Source: a virus
Taxonomy: Duplodnaviria; Caudoviricetes
Strand: one strand, 5' to 3'
DNA length: 64,000 nt
IMG/VR virus record: IMGVR_UViG_3300013121_000033
Location: 96,001-160,000 of that record
The first letter of the stretch is position 1; each line of letters begins with the position of its first letter. The translations under genes and the position numbers were made by a program. The notes under the pieces were generated by a model that saw nothing but the letters and a program-made list of their open reading frames with translations, was not told the origin of the DNA and searched no databases. Shown here one piece after another: positions 13,001 through 19,804 of this stretch.

Positions 13001-13710
13001 ATCGCTGTGGCACCTGCGACGTCTGCGAGGTCGTCGAGGGCGGAACCGTCGGTGCCGATCGTGATATCGGCGGTGGCGCCGTCGAGCGCGGCGACCGCGG
13101 CGGCGACCGCTTGCACCGTTGCGAGGGAGTCGGTGTTGAGGTCGATCGACACGACAGCGGTGAGGCCGTCGAGGGAAGCGATCTCTGCTGCGACAGCGGA
13201 GGTGTCGACCACGTCACCTGGGCTCAACCTCACGTCGACGTCGACGGTGACGTCGCCGATCGAGTTGAGGACTTCGCTCAGGGTGACAGCACGAGCGAAC
13301 GCGTCGCCGGTGTCAAGGTCGACAGTGGCTCGCACGTCGACGAGGCGGTCCCACTCTTCGGATTCGGCAGCGAGCCGTTCCGCCACCCCTGTCGTGTCGA
13401 CAGTCGCAGCGACTTCCACCCTCGCGATCGACGCCCAAAACTCTTGCGAGTCGAGCAGTTCCGCGGTCGCCTCACGGGTGTCCATCCGCACCTGGGCCGT
13501 GACCGCAGCGATCCCTTCCCACTCCGCGACCGTCCGCCGCAGTTCCGCCGTCGGCGCCGCCGTATCCACCGCGATCGACGCGACGATGTCGACGATCTCG
13601 TTCCAGTCCGCCGCGGCCCGCTGCAACTTCGCGTACGCACGGTCCAAGTCCCGATCCAACGGATCAAGGTCCAAATGCGCTTCGGCAAAGGCATCCCCGA
13701 GATTGGTCAT
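4033..13710 (-). CDS. Tape measure protein
   Basis: 3225-aa Ala/Val/Asp-rich ORF downstream of the tail chaperone; hydrophobic amphipathic middle; C-terminal 'ALGINSPSKV' motif common in TMPs. Confidence 0.92.
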   Translation of the reverse strand: MTNLGDAFAEAHLDLDPLDRDLDRAYAKLQRAAADWNEIVDIVASIAVDTAAPTAELRRTVAEWEGIAAVTAQVRMDTREATAELLDSQEFWASIARVEVAATVDTTGVAERLAAESEEWDRLVDVRATVDLDTGDAFARAVTLSEVLNSIGDVTVDVDVRLSPGDVVDTSAVAAEIASLDGLTAVVSIDLNTDSLATVQAVAAAVAALDGATADITIGTDGSALDDLADVAGATAILDARSVTVAVVVDNAEALAALADVGGAVVVLDGRRINVSFTIDIPTQAVLADLRASVAEWEAAAAVKAFVAADADGVGPTLTALAAEWDRIVDLTASVHVDSEGALEQVVSLATALDTLTDATVNLDVTLDPGDVAQIEALAAQVSTLDGQVASVAVEVDVLGKDSLGFLVAVRAAAEEVDGITATVEVNVTGDAIDRLADIAGAAVTVGAVTATVTVNADVSDALNGIADVAGAATTVDALTATIDASVTGTAVADLATIAGAAASVSGLAVSIDVAALVEAALADLASVAGAAATLDAQSVDIVVSANLGSTLDDLATIAGAVATLDGSTITTRVEMDTREATAELLDSQELWAAIARVSTSVDLDAADANAAIVALIAEWNSIASISVQVDVDIATALDRVAQVQAALAVISNASATVTINLDPNDLADISAIEAGLVAIDGSTATVSIDLNSADATTRLADVAALVAAVDSTRAAITIDVETASADDLAVLKAALDDLNGETARIRISTNAKSVTSQLAAVEGAAAAIDGRRVTVDVTANINVPAIAEQIRSAVAIWQGTAGDVTVDVGVNTTRVTEDIATTATTAWEDAARVTANVTANTSGVTGDLTRERGVWERIASVLGSVDIATIGATGDILNAAEVWREAAQVHGDVTLDTSNLADRLRVATANLERLAQIKVDVVPPDLSETADRIASAKPGLTELADITAHVHADTSELDNEVGAAAALAQSVVRDIRGSVSLDLAEFQRAISQVLVETEALPDTTVGVDASQIDTAALSLGFLTALASKPILTEIGVDDGDAVTAVDVLVARLHELSRKWTADFGLEAFDALTEIASIQRALDALERTVTSEVDADSSPARAVLDELRVELASFRDAVVKVRVDDDDVNRGFFEVSNQVFQLDRLVATVKATADIDAASERLGVLQTEIAAFRQALVIGVGVDNGEALARIAELQSEVTDVEATIRAVLNLDTFRANEALLRERVDAIERDGVHPSVTLDADGVTTAVQAVRAQLDSIDRVIDISTDVDIAKALALLSELEAFISALDGRNIGITAEVDQDALNVDPTGPIGRITAALTDARTKWIDLTGIDLTADTSGANRVIREAAASWNRILDITARIDADPSQIRTLGAKLQREVATATRLTTQLGLDPSAVIDSVKAITDGTKTADKIVADFRKSLRSAGIDLENLGRINIGTRLRRSLVGLFDGVNTSKFSRLFNDLADEGDANFRRMGRTLREAFTGVRSIASGGRRGLLASLGLGSSEDATKGIAEIGFGVKGLSRLFRSLKSDTRGAIDVAALGRGAAALVASVSRPIARFLGTIGPRIAAVAREIPAVFRGIADAVGPLLSQIASGVKTVLSTIGSALGTLASGLALLALPALFASLASLLTGVLGIAGGLLTIGGAAGFAAAGVLGLGIALDKGLLGSIKETLGQLKTVIGQTVGPIATEFVNRFRGPIMSSLIGLTDAVAPMAAQFFNPLTEAGLRWVNQLSAVLNGNPVFDILGRNLASTIDLFASYLAPFVGVVNQIIGPLFQALNSLLRVILDVGSAFVEPFKAFLSLIVALSGPLTTLFTGLNAALGLVFTALTRIVSSSGFASFIDGIVTMLGYAAAAFSIFVDAVSTGLGDVDLSGFGDIINGIGKALGAIAPILAKVFVDLLSLIAQIGPPIIDAFVRLLPAIQDVIDAVVGAGSEIITAIVDIVTNAALLGAVEVILRAIADVIRFVGDNASWLVPILVALFAAFKAFMLLRSVVQVINGVGQALSTISGIAKGATGALGGVGGAAGNAGAGAAGAAGGFGALGTAIGGIGTAAILAVGAYELMGAAADALTGHIDQTKFSVDALALAVGKGDFSKQAKELADNAVADFQDTLGQGIRSGRNAFLPGVGIGVAEFKTAFGSGSFKDNLTKEFDPGASLRDAINAATKTAKESLQSLPAEVRPEYLKAIREAFSDKGVTLPKTFEKSMLKEAAAIDKGKAAMSGFGSTTSDISAIVDKYQASLDGATSGMAQFGNQAQRTAGQVTGTTKSFKQSLALIDDLQKRLTEGPTFDLSKSLKIEPLSISSFLDTSKDKAKGGITGSFDPEDFFTIDKAKVKADEAADEAQRSAKDLKGALLLAIDDIKTTTRQATAVLNLRDSGMEAFADAVASLPVEAFRQVEAELKAMSPGLKASFNTELQKALDLKNAVDIEGAFRKAVDDLNFKAEQLELVRLLEDAQFGNVAEIVAKITDPAQFDAMRTYLNNQGAAGVKVIDDSLTATKENVENRITAAQSGIADAIRNSLDLSKVLGNLDDRQLGQDIRPGQRNAAREGGELADRQKSAIASAVQSARDSVLSQGAAVGESFAAGIESSQGAVSGAATGVADAASTAIDTAAPGVATSAATAGTGTADAFIDSLTQAITTRKGDIEAAAKVIADAFVAAVGSAGGQTEAGASLGGTFISGMLNSITSGGNANAVAADAAVAGFIIDIAASTLPVASAAGQSIGGAFAANLREAVTENGAFVVTVGLIAGFVVIANSVVPTAVSTGTLIGESFSDNLHDAAVVNGDAVAAEVVAVFVAVAEQSALFAETAGSTIGSVFSGAVVESSRYGIAVADTTATLIGQYATIASVVAPVAAAAGFSIGQAFAITLRDSAVPAALIRAALSLSLIVAFQSVQAQASGAAAAAGEAIGGEFASGVRGAALSPVFALVLAARLASGFLAAASVAIPIASAQGEGIGRAFGAAATSGVVFVEPLFLAALQSFGATAAVTAGAAAAGITAAFIGGLTVGFAAAAVTAATAADPLAAVLAVSFLALTVRAAAGGTAIGTAIGRGIVAGLEMIQPDVEVAVTNMASRVAAIIREALGINSPSKVTMDIGENVSRGLAIGIRSQQAAVDAAAQAIAAAATPATNALPSWPDAPVRSDGQGNITVIAQPVVQAVPATDPEVVAMLRAIRSLLAANGQGGLTFGDVVVPEGGPRGSDARNLARTMRRIRRTGRPVDERSG

Positions 13711-13833
13711 CGGTTACGCCTTGTGCTCACCCGCGAGAGGCGACGCCGTTCGGTTGTGTGAGGCGTCGCCCGGGTTGCTCATCGAGAGTCCGTGGGGGGT
13801 CAGGGGGTGGGGTCAGGATACGAGATGGGCGAG

Positions 13834-14180
13834 TCACGACTCGGAGGCGGCGGCTTGCTGTTTGGCTGCCCGCTTGGCCTTGATCCCGGCGACCGCCTTC
13901 TTGAGCATGTCCTCGCTCCACCCGGCCCCCTGGATGACGTCCATCGTGCGCTGCTTCCGCCCGGCGTCGGAGTCCTCCCACGGGGCGTCGAACGCCGCGA
14001 TGACCTTCGCCAGTTCCTCCGGGTGCCCTTGGAGGGGTTCGAGGATGTAGGCGAACGTGGCGTCGATCAGGTCTGTGGCAGACCAGCGGGAGAGGTCGAT
14101 TCCGCGGGCGAGGAAGGCTCCGCGGTAGCGGGGCCAGTCGTCACCGAGGACGGCTGCGACTCGCGCTCGCCGCCTGCGGT
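13834..14180 (-). CDS. Tail assembly chaperone, frameshifted C-terminal (GT-like) segment
   Basis: Open -1 frame (AVLGDDWPRYRGAFLARGIDL...) overlapping the 3' end of the chaperone ORF, no obvious own start, just before TMP; upstream boundary approximate. Confidence 0.65.
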
Positions 14181-14600
14181 AGGGGCCTCGGGGTCCTCGC
14201 CGTCGTCCTTCTTCGGCGAGTAGTGCGCCATGAGCCGCTTGAACACGTCCATCAACTCGTTGACGTCGATCGGTTCGGTTCGGCTCTTCACCCGCTCCGT
14301 CAGCCGGACGACGGAATCCTCGTAGAGGACCCCGCCGAGGGCGTTGAGGGCCTGACGGATGAACTCGCGCATCGCGTCGCCGACGGCGTTGAGGTCGTCC
14401 TTGTCGACCTTCTCCATGTCCTTCGCCGCGACGTTCACGGCGGACATGCGGGACGTGAACTCGCCGAACTCGTCGGCGGGGAGCGACGGGACCGCTTCGT
14501 AGCGGGTGCCGTCGATCGTGATGAACGCGACCCCGGCGGCCGCCTTGGTGGTGATGGACCCGAGGTCGATGCCTGCGCCCTGGTTGATGCTGTCGGTCAT
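14067..14600 (-). CDS. Tail assembly chaperone (G-like)
   Basis: Position upstream of TMP; helical protein ending in a low-complexity P/S/T tail typical of the overlap region; ATG 8 nt after TAGGGT. Confidence 0.75.
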   Translation of the reverse strand: MTDSINQGAGIDLGSITTKAAAGVAFITIDGTRYEAVPSLPADEFGEFTSRMSAVNVAAKDMEKVDKDDLNAVGDAMREFIRQALNALGGVLYEDSVVRLTERVKSRTEPIDVNELMDVFKRLMAHYSPKKDDGEDPEAPTAGGERESQPSSVTTGPATAEPSSPAESTSPAGLPQT

Positions 14601-14669
14601 GGGGCGGCACCCTACAGGCATCGTTGTGTTGGGCAACGGATGGTCGGTGCTCCCCGAGAGCGCCGAGAG

Positions 14670-15101
14670 CTACTGCTTGCCGTAACGGTGCTCGACCACG
14701 TTGCTCTCCCCGAACACGGCCACGAGGCCCCGCCGGAAGAACCGCTGCCCGACCTGCCCCTTCACCCTGCGGGCGAACACCCGGGCACCCGAATCCTGGT
14801 CGATCCACGACAGAACCTTCGCAGTCTGCGGAGTGATGTACCGCTTGAGCGGGCCGTAAAGGCCGGTGCCCTGATCGACGAACGGGGCGTGGCGAGAGCG
14901 GAACCACACCCGGAACGCCGGGCGCCCTTCGGCGTCAGTGAACGGGTCGACACCTGACTCCTGTTGAAGGCCCCCGGTACGCCGCGGCGCCGCGGCGACG
15001 ATGTGGGCGTGGGTGGCGTGGCCGACGTCGTGTTGCCAGCGTGACCCGATCTCGCGGACCAGTTCGTCGCGGGCGGCGGGGTTCCGGACGACACGGGCCA
15101 T
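14670..15101 (-). CDS. Neck/tail-completion protein (HK97 gp10-like)
   Basis: APRRTGGL, APFVDQGTGLYGP and FARRVKGQ..RFF motifs typical of this family. Confidence 0.75.
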   Translation of the reverse strand: MARVVRNPAARDELVREIGSRWQHDVGHATHAHIVAAAPRRTGGLQQESGVDPFTDAEGRPAFRVWFRSRHAPFVDQGTGLYGPLKRYITPQTAKVLSWIDQDSGARVFARRVKGQVGQRFFRRGLVAVFGESNVVEHRYGKQ

Positions 15102-15122
15102 CCCGACAGCGTAGATGTCGGG

Positions 15123-15368
15123 TCAGGCCGACCAGATGTCCGGGACCTCGACCTCGACCTGACCGTCAAGTTCAGGTTCAGGGTCGTCGGGGTGCCGATA
15201 GGACGCTGCCGGAACCCAATCGGGTTCGGAAACGTCGGCGGCTGTGACCTCACGAACGTAGGGGAGCATCATGTTGAACCGGCGACGGGAGATCGTCACC
15301 TTGTCGCCTTTGTCGCCCTCCGGGAACCGGAGCAACAGGACCGCATCAACCAGTTCGTCGTCGATCAC
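15123..15368 (-). CDS. Small hypothetical protein
   Basis: GTG start overlaps the upstream stop (GTGA); 81 aa. Confidence 0.55.
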   Translation of the reverse strand: MIDDELVDAVLLLRFPEGDKGDKVTISRRRFNMMLPYVREVTAADVSEPDWVPAASYRHPDDPEPELDGQVEVEVPDIWSA

Positions 15369-15925
15369 TCGTCGTCCTCGTCGTCCTCGGTTCCAGGCTC
15401 GACGCAGCAGCTTGGAAGCTCGACGGTGAACCCGACCCGGAACCCTCCGCACCCGCCTTCGGGGTCGAGGGGGATCAGGTTGTCGAGTCCGACCTTCGCA
15501 CGCAAGTTCTTGGAGATTTCGGGGAGGCAACAGATGATCGCCGCCCACGTCCGGGCCTCGGCCTCAGCGAGACGGAGGCCGTACTCCTCACGCTTGTCCT
15601 TGGGCGGCATCCCTCCCGACTCGGTGATCGTCGGCCCGCAGATGTAGTAGGAGATCGTGACCTTCTGCGCGGAACTGACCTCAGTGCACCCCTTCTGGAA
15701 CTCGCGTTGCTCGATCGTCTGCGACCGCGGCGGCCACGTCCCCGACGTCGGCCACCGTTCGCCGTGCTCCGCAGTGATGACCCCGGTGCCGCAGCAGTCG
15801 GCCGGGGGGACCCCGACGTTCGGGTAGCCGTAGCGAATCTCCGGCAGCGCAGCGTCGTCACCGTCAGCGATCCCGTTCGCGACACAGTCAGCGAGCGTTT
15901 CCATCCAGTCCCACACGGTGAGCAT
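15365..15925 (-). CDS. Putative tail terminator protein
   Basis: PADCC and PEGGCGG motifs as in actinophage terminator-like proteins; structural-module context. Confidence 0.55.
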   Translation of the reverse strand: MLTVWDWMETLADCVANGIADGDDAALPEIRYGYPNVGVPPADCCGTGVITAEHGERWPTSGTWPPRSQTIEQREFQKGCTEVSSAQKVTISYYICGPTITESGGMPPKDKREEYGLRLAEAEARTWAAIICCLPEISKNLRAKVGLDNLIPLDPEGGCGGFRVGFTVELPSCCVEPGTEDDEDDE

Positions 15926-15975
15926 GGGGGGTGACGCTAGCGGGCGCCCTACGCAACTCCCCGGAACCCTCCACC

Positions 15976-16026
15976 CGTGTTGACGCCACCACAACACGTC
16001 GGTATGCTGGCGGCATGGACAACGAC
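15976..16026 (+). promoter_or_regulatory. Conserved promoter/operator with leaderless start, copy 1
   Basis: TTGACG-17-TATGCT-6-ATGGACAACGAC; CGTGTTG-N9-CAACACG inverted repeat. Confidence 0.8.
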
Positions 16027-18327
16027 ATCACCCCGACCGACGAGCAGCAGGAAGCGATCGACCTGTACCGCAAGGGCGACACCATGGTCGTCGAAGCGCT
16101 CGCCGGGACCGGCAAGACCTCCACTGCGATCCTGATGTGCGAAGCGGAACCTGACCGCAAGGTCACCTACATGGCGTTCAACAAGGCGATCGTGACCGAC
16201 GTCTCCGGCGACCTCCCGTCGAACGCGACAGCGTCGACCGTGCACAGCCTCGCATTCCGGGTGACCGGCACCCGGATGCGTCACCGGCTCAACTCGCCCC
16301 GCATGCTCTCCAAGGACATCGCCCGCATGCTCGGCGTCCGGCCGATCACAGTCGACACCGGCGGCGGGTCCAAGTCGCTGTCCGACAGCTACCTCGCCTC
16401 GCTCGTCATGCGAGCACTCAAGGGGTTCGCCGCCTCGGCTGACACCGAGCCCGGACGCCACCACTTCCCCTACATCGACGGCGTCGACTTCCCCACCCCC
16501 CAGGGTCAGCGCGGCTGGCGGAACAACGACGCCATCCGAGCCGAACTGCTCCCCGCGGTTCGCAAGGCGTGGAGCGACGTCACCGACCCCCGCGGGAAGC
16601 TCACCTACGACCACGCCTACTACCTCAAGGAATGGGCGCTCGGGTCCCCCAAGATCAACTCCGACGTCGTCATGATCGACGAGCGACAGGACTTGTCCGG
16701 CGTCATGATCTCCGTCGTCACCGCACAAACCGACGCACAGGTCGTCCTCATCGGCGACAGCCAGCAGGCCATCTACTGCCAGCCGATTGGCACTTCGGTG
16801 CTCCTCGCAGGACGCCGCAAGGCTGATGCCCGGTCGACCCCGATCGAGAACCTGCGGGTTGGGGACCGAGTCGTGAGCTACGGGGTCTCGTCGTCTCATC
16901 TGCGATGGGCGGGTTCAGAGGTCACCGCCGTGCGTCGCCGCCACTACACAGGCGACCTCGTGGAAATCGAAGCAGACGGGTACCGGAGTTCCTACACAGT
17001 TGACCACCACGTCGTCGCTCGTCTGGGGCATCACAACGACAACCGTCACGTCGTCTACCTCATGCGACGGGACGGGCGATTCCGGATCGGCCGCGTCCCC
17101 TGGCGCTACACCTCGCAAGGTGGCATGTGGGGTCCGGGACACCGGGCATCCCGAGAGGGTGCCGACGGACTGTGGGTCCTCGGGATGTTCGACACACAGG
17201 CCGAGGCCGCCCTTCACGAGTCGCTGTGGTCCTACAGCTACGGGGTGCCACAGGTCTGCTTCGCCAAGCACGGCGACGTCGATCCCGCGGCCTTCTGGGC
17301 CAAGTACGATGGCGACGCCGCTGGGGCCGCCCGGCTGCTCGCCGACTTCGGCCTACTTGTTGACCACCCCCTCTGGGACCCCGCTCAGAGAGGTGTTGGG
17401 CTCCGGCGGCCGTTCGTAACCCGTGCATGCAACCTCGTGGACGGCATGATGGTCGCTGTCGCTGACCGGTTCGAATACGACGCCCACCATCGGCGATACA
17501 TGTCGTGGCCTCAGGCTTGGGTCCCGATCCAGGTCAGCCGGTCACTGTATGACGGAGACGTCGTGTCGATCTCCGTGGCCGACCATCACACCTACGTCGC
17601 CGACGGCATCGTCACTCACAACTCGTGGATGGGCGCCACGGACGCGACCGCTCACTTCCCCGACGCGCCCGTCACGAACCTGACCCAGTCGTTCCGGTTC
17701 GGTCCCGAGGTCGCAGACCAGGCGAACGTGTTCCTCTCGATGCTGACCGATCTGCGGCTCGTCGGGTCGCCGTACATGACGTCGGTCATCGGTCCGGTCG
17801 ACCGGCCTCGGGCGATCCTCACCCGAACGAACGCCAAGGCGGTCAAGATTCTGTTCACGCTGCTCAACCAGGGCGTGAAGGCTGCGATCGTCGGAGGGGC
17901 GAAGGACGTCCTCGCGTTCGCGAAGGCGGCGAAGTCGCTGATGGACACTGGGTGGACGAGCCACCCCGAACTGGCGTGCTTCTCGACGTGGATCGAGGTG
18001 CAAACCTACGTGGACGCCGACGAGATGGGCGGCGAACTCGCACTGCTGGTCAAGCTGGTCGACGAGTTCGGGGTCGACGAGATCATCGACGGGTTGGAGC
18101 GGCAGCCGAGCGAACGTCACGCCGAGACGGTCATCATCACCGCTCACCGGTCCAAGGGACTCGGATACGAGTCGGTCCTCGTCGCCGACGACTTCGTCGA
18201 CCTGACCGACCCCGAGGCGTCCGTGTCGGATGAGGAGATCAGGTTGCAGTACGTCGCCGTGACCCGGGCGAAGCAGGAACTCGACGTGTCGAACCTGCCG
18301 ATCCTCGCCGACGGGGACGACCTGTGA
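16015..18327 (+). CDS. UvrD/REP-like SF1 helicase containing an intein
   Basis: Walker A ALAGTGKT, MIDERQD, GDSQQAIY|SWMGA, LTQSFRFG, TAHRSKGLG, YVAVTRAK. Confidence 0.9.
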   Translation: MDNDITPTDEQQEAIDLYRKGDTMVVEALAGTGKTSTAILMCEAEPDRKVTYMAFNKAIVTDVSGDLPSNATASTVHSLAFRVTGTRMRHRLNSPRMLSKDIARMLGVRPITVDTGGGSKSLSDSYLASLVMRALKGFAASADTEPGRHHFPYIDGVDFPTPQGQRGWRNNDAIRAELLPAVRKAWSDVTDPRGKLTYDHAYYLKEWALGSPKINSDVVMIDERQDLSGVMISVVTAQTDAQVVLIGDSQQAIYCQPIGTSVLLAGRRKADARSTPIENLRVGDRVVSYGVSSSHLRWAGSEVTAVRRRHYTGDLVEIEADGYRSSYTVDHHVVARLGHHNDNRHVVYLMRRDGRFRIGRVPWRYTSQGGMWGPGHRASREGADGLWVLGMFDTQAEAALHESLWSYSYGVPQVCFAKHGDVDPAAFWAKYDGDAAGAARLLADFGLLVDHPLWDPAQRGVGLRRPFVTRACNLVDGMMVAVADRFEYDAHHRRYMSWPQAWVPIQVSRSLYDGDVVSISVADHHTYVADGIVTHNSWMGATDATAHFPDAPVTNLTQSFRFGPEVADQANVFLSMLTDLRLVGSPYMTSVIGPVDRPRAILTRTNAKAVKILFTLLNQGVKAAIVGGAKDVLAFAKAAKSLMDTGWTSHPELACFSTWIEVQTYVDADEMGGELALLVKLVDEFGVDEIIDGLERQPSERHAETVIITAHRSKGLGYESVLVADDFVDLTDPEASVSDEEIRLQYVAVTRAKQELDVSNLPILADGDDL
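16777..17622 (+). mobile_element. Intein (282 aa) in helicase motif III, possible GIY-YIG-like insert
   Basis: Starts Cys (CQPIGT..IENLRVGDRV), block B TVDHHV, ends HTYVADGIVTHN followed by Ser+1; removal restores QAIY-SWMGA. Confidence 0.9.
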
Positions 18328-18605
18328 ACGTCGAGTCGGTGATCGTCCTGCTCAAGTTCTGCCGGGACCGCAACCAGCCGGTCCAGCCGGTCCTCGCCGA
18401 ACTCGCGCTCGACACGATCGAAGGTCTGCTCGACGTGCTCACCGAAGCGACAGCGGTCGCCGAGACAGCCGTCACCGCGACTCGGGCGTTGCACTCCCGT
18501 GAAGTGCACCTCCTCGCAGAGAACGCTGGCCTCCGCGCCGACCTCATCAACCTTCGAGCCGAGACGGTCGAGATGAGGGCCAAGAAACGGCGAGGTGCGA
18601 CATGA
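18324..18605 (+). CDS. Hypothetical protein (coiled coil)
   Basis: GTGA-coupled to the helicase. Confidence 0.6.
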   Translation: MNVESVIVLLKFCRDRNQPVQPVLAELALDTIEGLLDVLTEATAVAETAVTATRALHSREVHLLAENAGLRADLINLRAETVEMRAKKRRGAT

Positions 18606-18832
18606 CCTGGTCGATTGTCGCGTTGCCGTTGCACGACGGCGACGAACCCGACGTCGTCGCGTTCGAACCGACAGGGGACGCACCCCTCGGTGACCGGTTC
18701 GAGGTGCGAGTCAAAGCGGTCAGCCTCGTTCTCGAACGGGCCGACGACGACCCCCGGTGGGCGTACAGCCGGGTCGAACTGCGGGACCCTGACGGCAAGG
18801 TGGCGGGCTTCATCCCAGCGAGGACACCATGA
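18602..18832 (+). CDS. Hypothetical protein
   Basis: ATGA coupling; GAGG RBS. Confidence 0.6.
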   Translation: MTWSIVALPLHDGDEPDVVAFEPTGDAPLGDRFEVRVKAVSLVLERADDDPRWAYSRVELRDPDGKVAGFIPARTP

Positions 18833-18969
18833 CTCCTGAACAGTGGAATCACGCCGAGACGACCGCGAACCGGGCAGCCGCCGCGTCGTTCACCCACGAC
18901 ATCTACTGGCTGCTGCTCGCAGCGGCCGTAGTCGCGGTCGCCGTGTACCTGTGGCGCACCCGGTCCTGA
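18829..18969 (+). CDS. Small membrane protein (46 aa)
   Basis: ATGA coupling; MTPEQW...IYWLLLAAAVVAVAVYLWRTRS has a single hydrophobic helix. Confidence 0.6.
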   Translation: MTPEQWNHAETTANRAAAASFTHDIYWLLLAAAVVAVAVYLWRTRS

Positions 18970-18980
18970 GACGCGGCGAA

Positions 18981-19011
18981 GCGGCCACGGGGGCTCGAAT
19001 CCCGTGACCGC
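18981..19011. terminator. Hairpin between convergent genes
   Basis: GCGGCCACGGG...CCCGTGACCGC inverted repeat. Confidence 0.5.
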
Positions 19012-19044
19012 CCCGCCAACATGACCGACCGGGGAAGGGTCAGA

Positions 19045-19728
19045 TCAGGAGCCGGTGCCGAACGCTGCCGGGTCGCTCGACGACTCGGGCAGCGTGACGT
19101 CGGCGCCGTCGAACAGGTACGTCGTGTACCACTCGTCGCTGTCGTAGACGTCGGTCCACTTGTCGAGGTCCGTCGGCAGGGCTTCGGGGTCGAGGCCGGA
19201 GGACTTGAAGCCCTTGCCCTGGAACCCGGGCTTCACCAGGTCGGTGCCGTTGATCGTCGTGGCGCCGTTCGGCTTCCAGTTCTTGACGAGCGGGAAGAGG
19301 ACACCGAAGACCGGTGCTTCCTCGCCGCCGCCAAGCTCACACGCGTTGGCGTCCAACTGGACCAGCACCTCGACGATCACGACGGCGTTGGCGTCGAGGT
19401 CGACACGGCCGTAGCCGACCGTCGACCCGGCGCGCACCTTGGCGTTCGACCCCATGAGGAAGTTGTCGAGCGCCGGGATGATCCCGCACGTCGTGAGCGT
19501 CACCTGCGTGTTCTGAAGCTCGTCCGAGCCCACGTCGGTGTGGCACTTGCGGCCCGTGAAGTTGCGCTCGACGTTGGTGTCGCCCTCGTCGATCTGCTCT
19601 TCCCAGGTGACCTCGCTGACCTCGTTCGTCGAGAGGCGACCGGTGGCGCCCTCGTCGGGCACACCGCAGCCGGTGGCGTCGAACACCGACACCATGCCTT
19701 CGCCCTGACGGATCTTGATGCTCGCCAT
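19045..19728 (-). CDS. Major tail protein
   Basis: 227 aa acidic; 'CGVP', 'ERNFTGRKC', 'LTTCG' pattern as in actinophage tail tube proteins; GGAGG RBS. Confidence 0.7.
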   Translation of the reverse strand: MASIKIRQGEGMVSVFDATGCGVPDEGATGRLSTNEVSEVTWEEQIDEGDTNVERNFTGRKCHTDVGSDELQNTQVTLTTCGIIPALDNFLMGSNAKVRAGSTVGYGRVDLDANAVVIVEVLVQLDANACELGGGEEAPVFGVLFPLVKNWKPNGATTINGTDLVKPGFQGKGFKSSGLDPEALPTDLDKWTDVYDSDEWYTTYLFDGADVTLPESSSDPAAFGTGS

Positions 19729-19804
19729 CGGTGACCTCCGACTCGTTGCCCTCTGTGGGCGGCTCGGCGGTCAGTATCAGGGGTGGACGTGTCAGCGGCG
19801 TGTT

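Noticed and set aside
10985-14050. 1021-aa plus-strand ORF and many other long antisense or alternate-frame ORFs across the window
   Set aside because: Shadow ORFs caused by high GC and codon bias opposite or overlapping real genes; Ser/Ala/Arg-rich with no motifs
18981-19011. T-loop-like GGCTCGAATCC suggesting a tRNA or attP remnant
   Set aside because: No D arm or anticodon arm and no integrase nearby; better explained as a terminator hairpin
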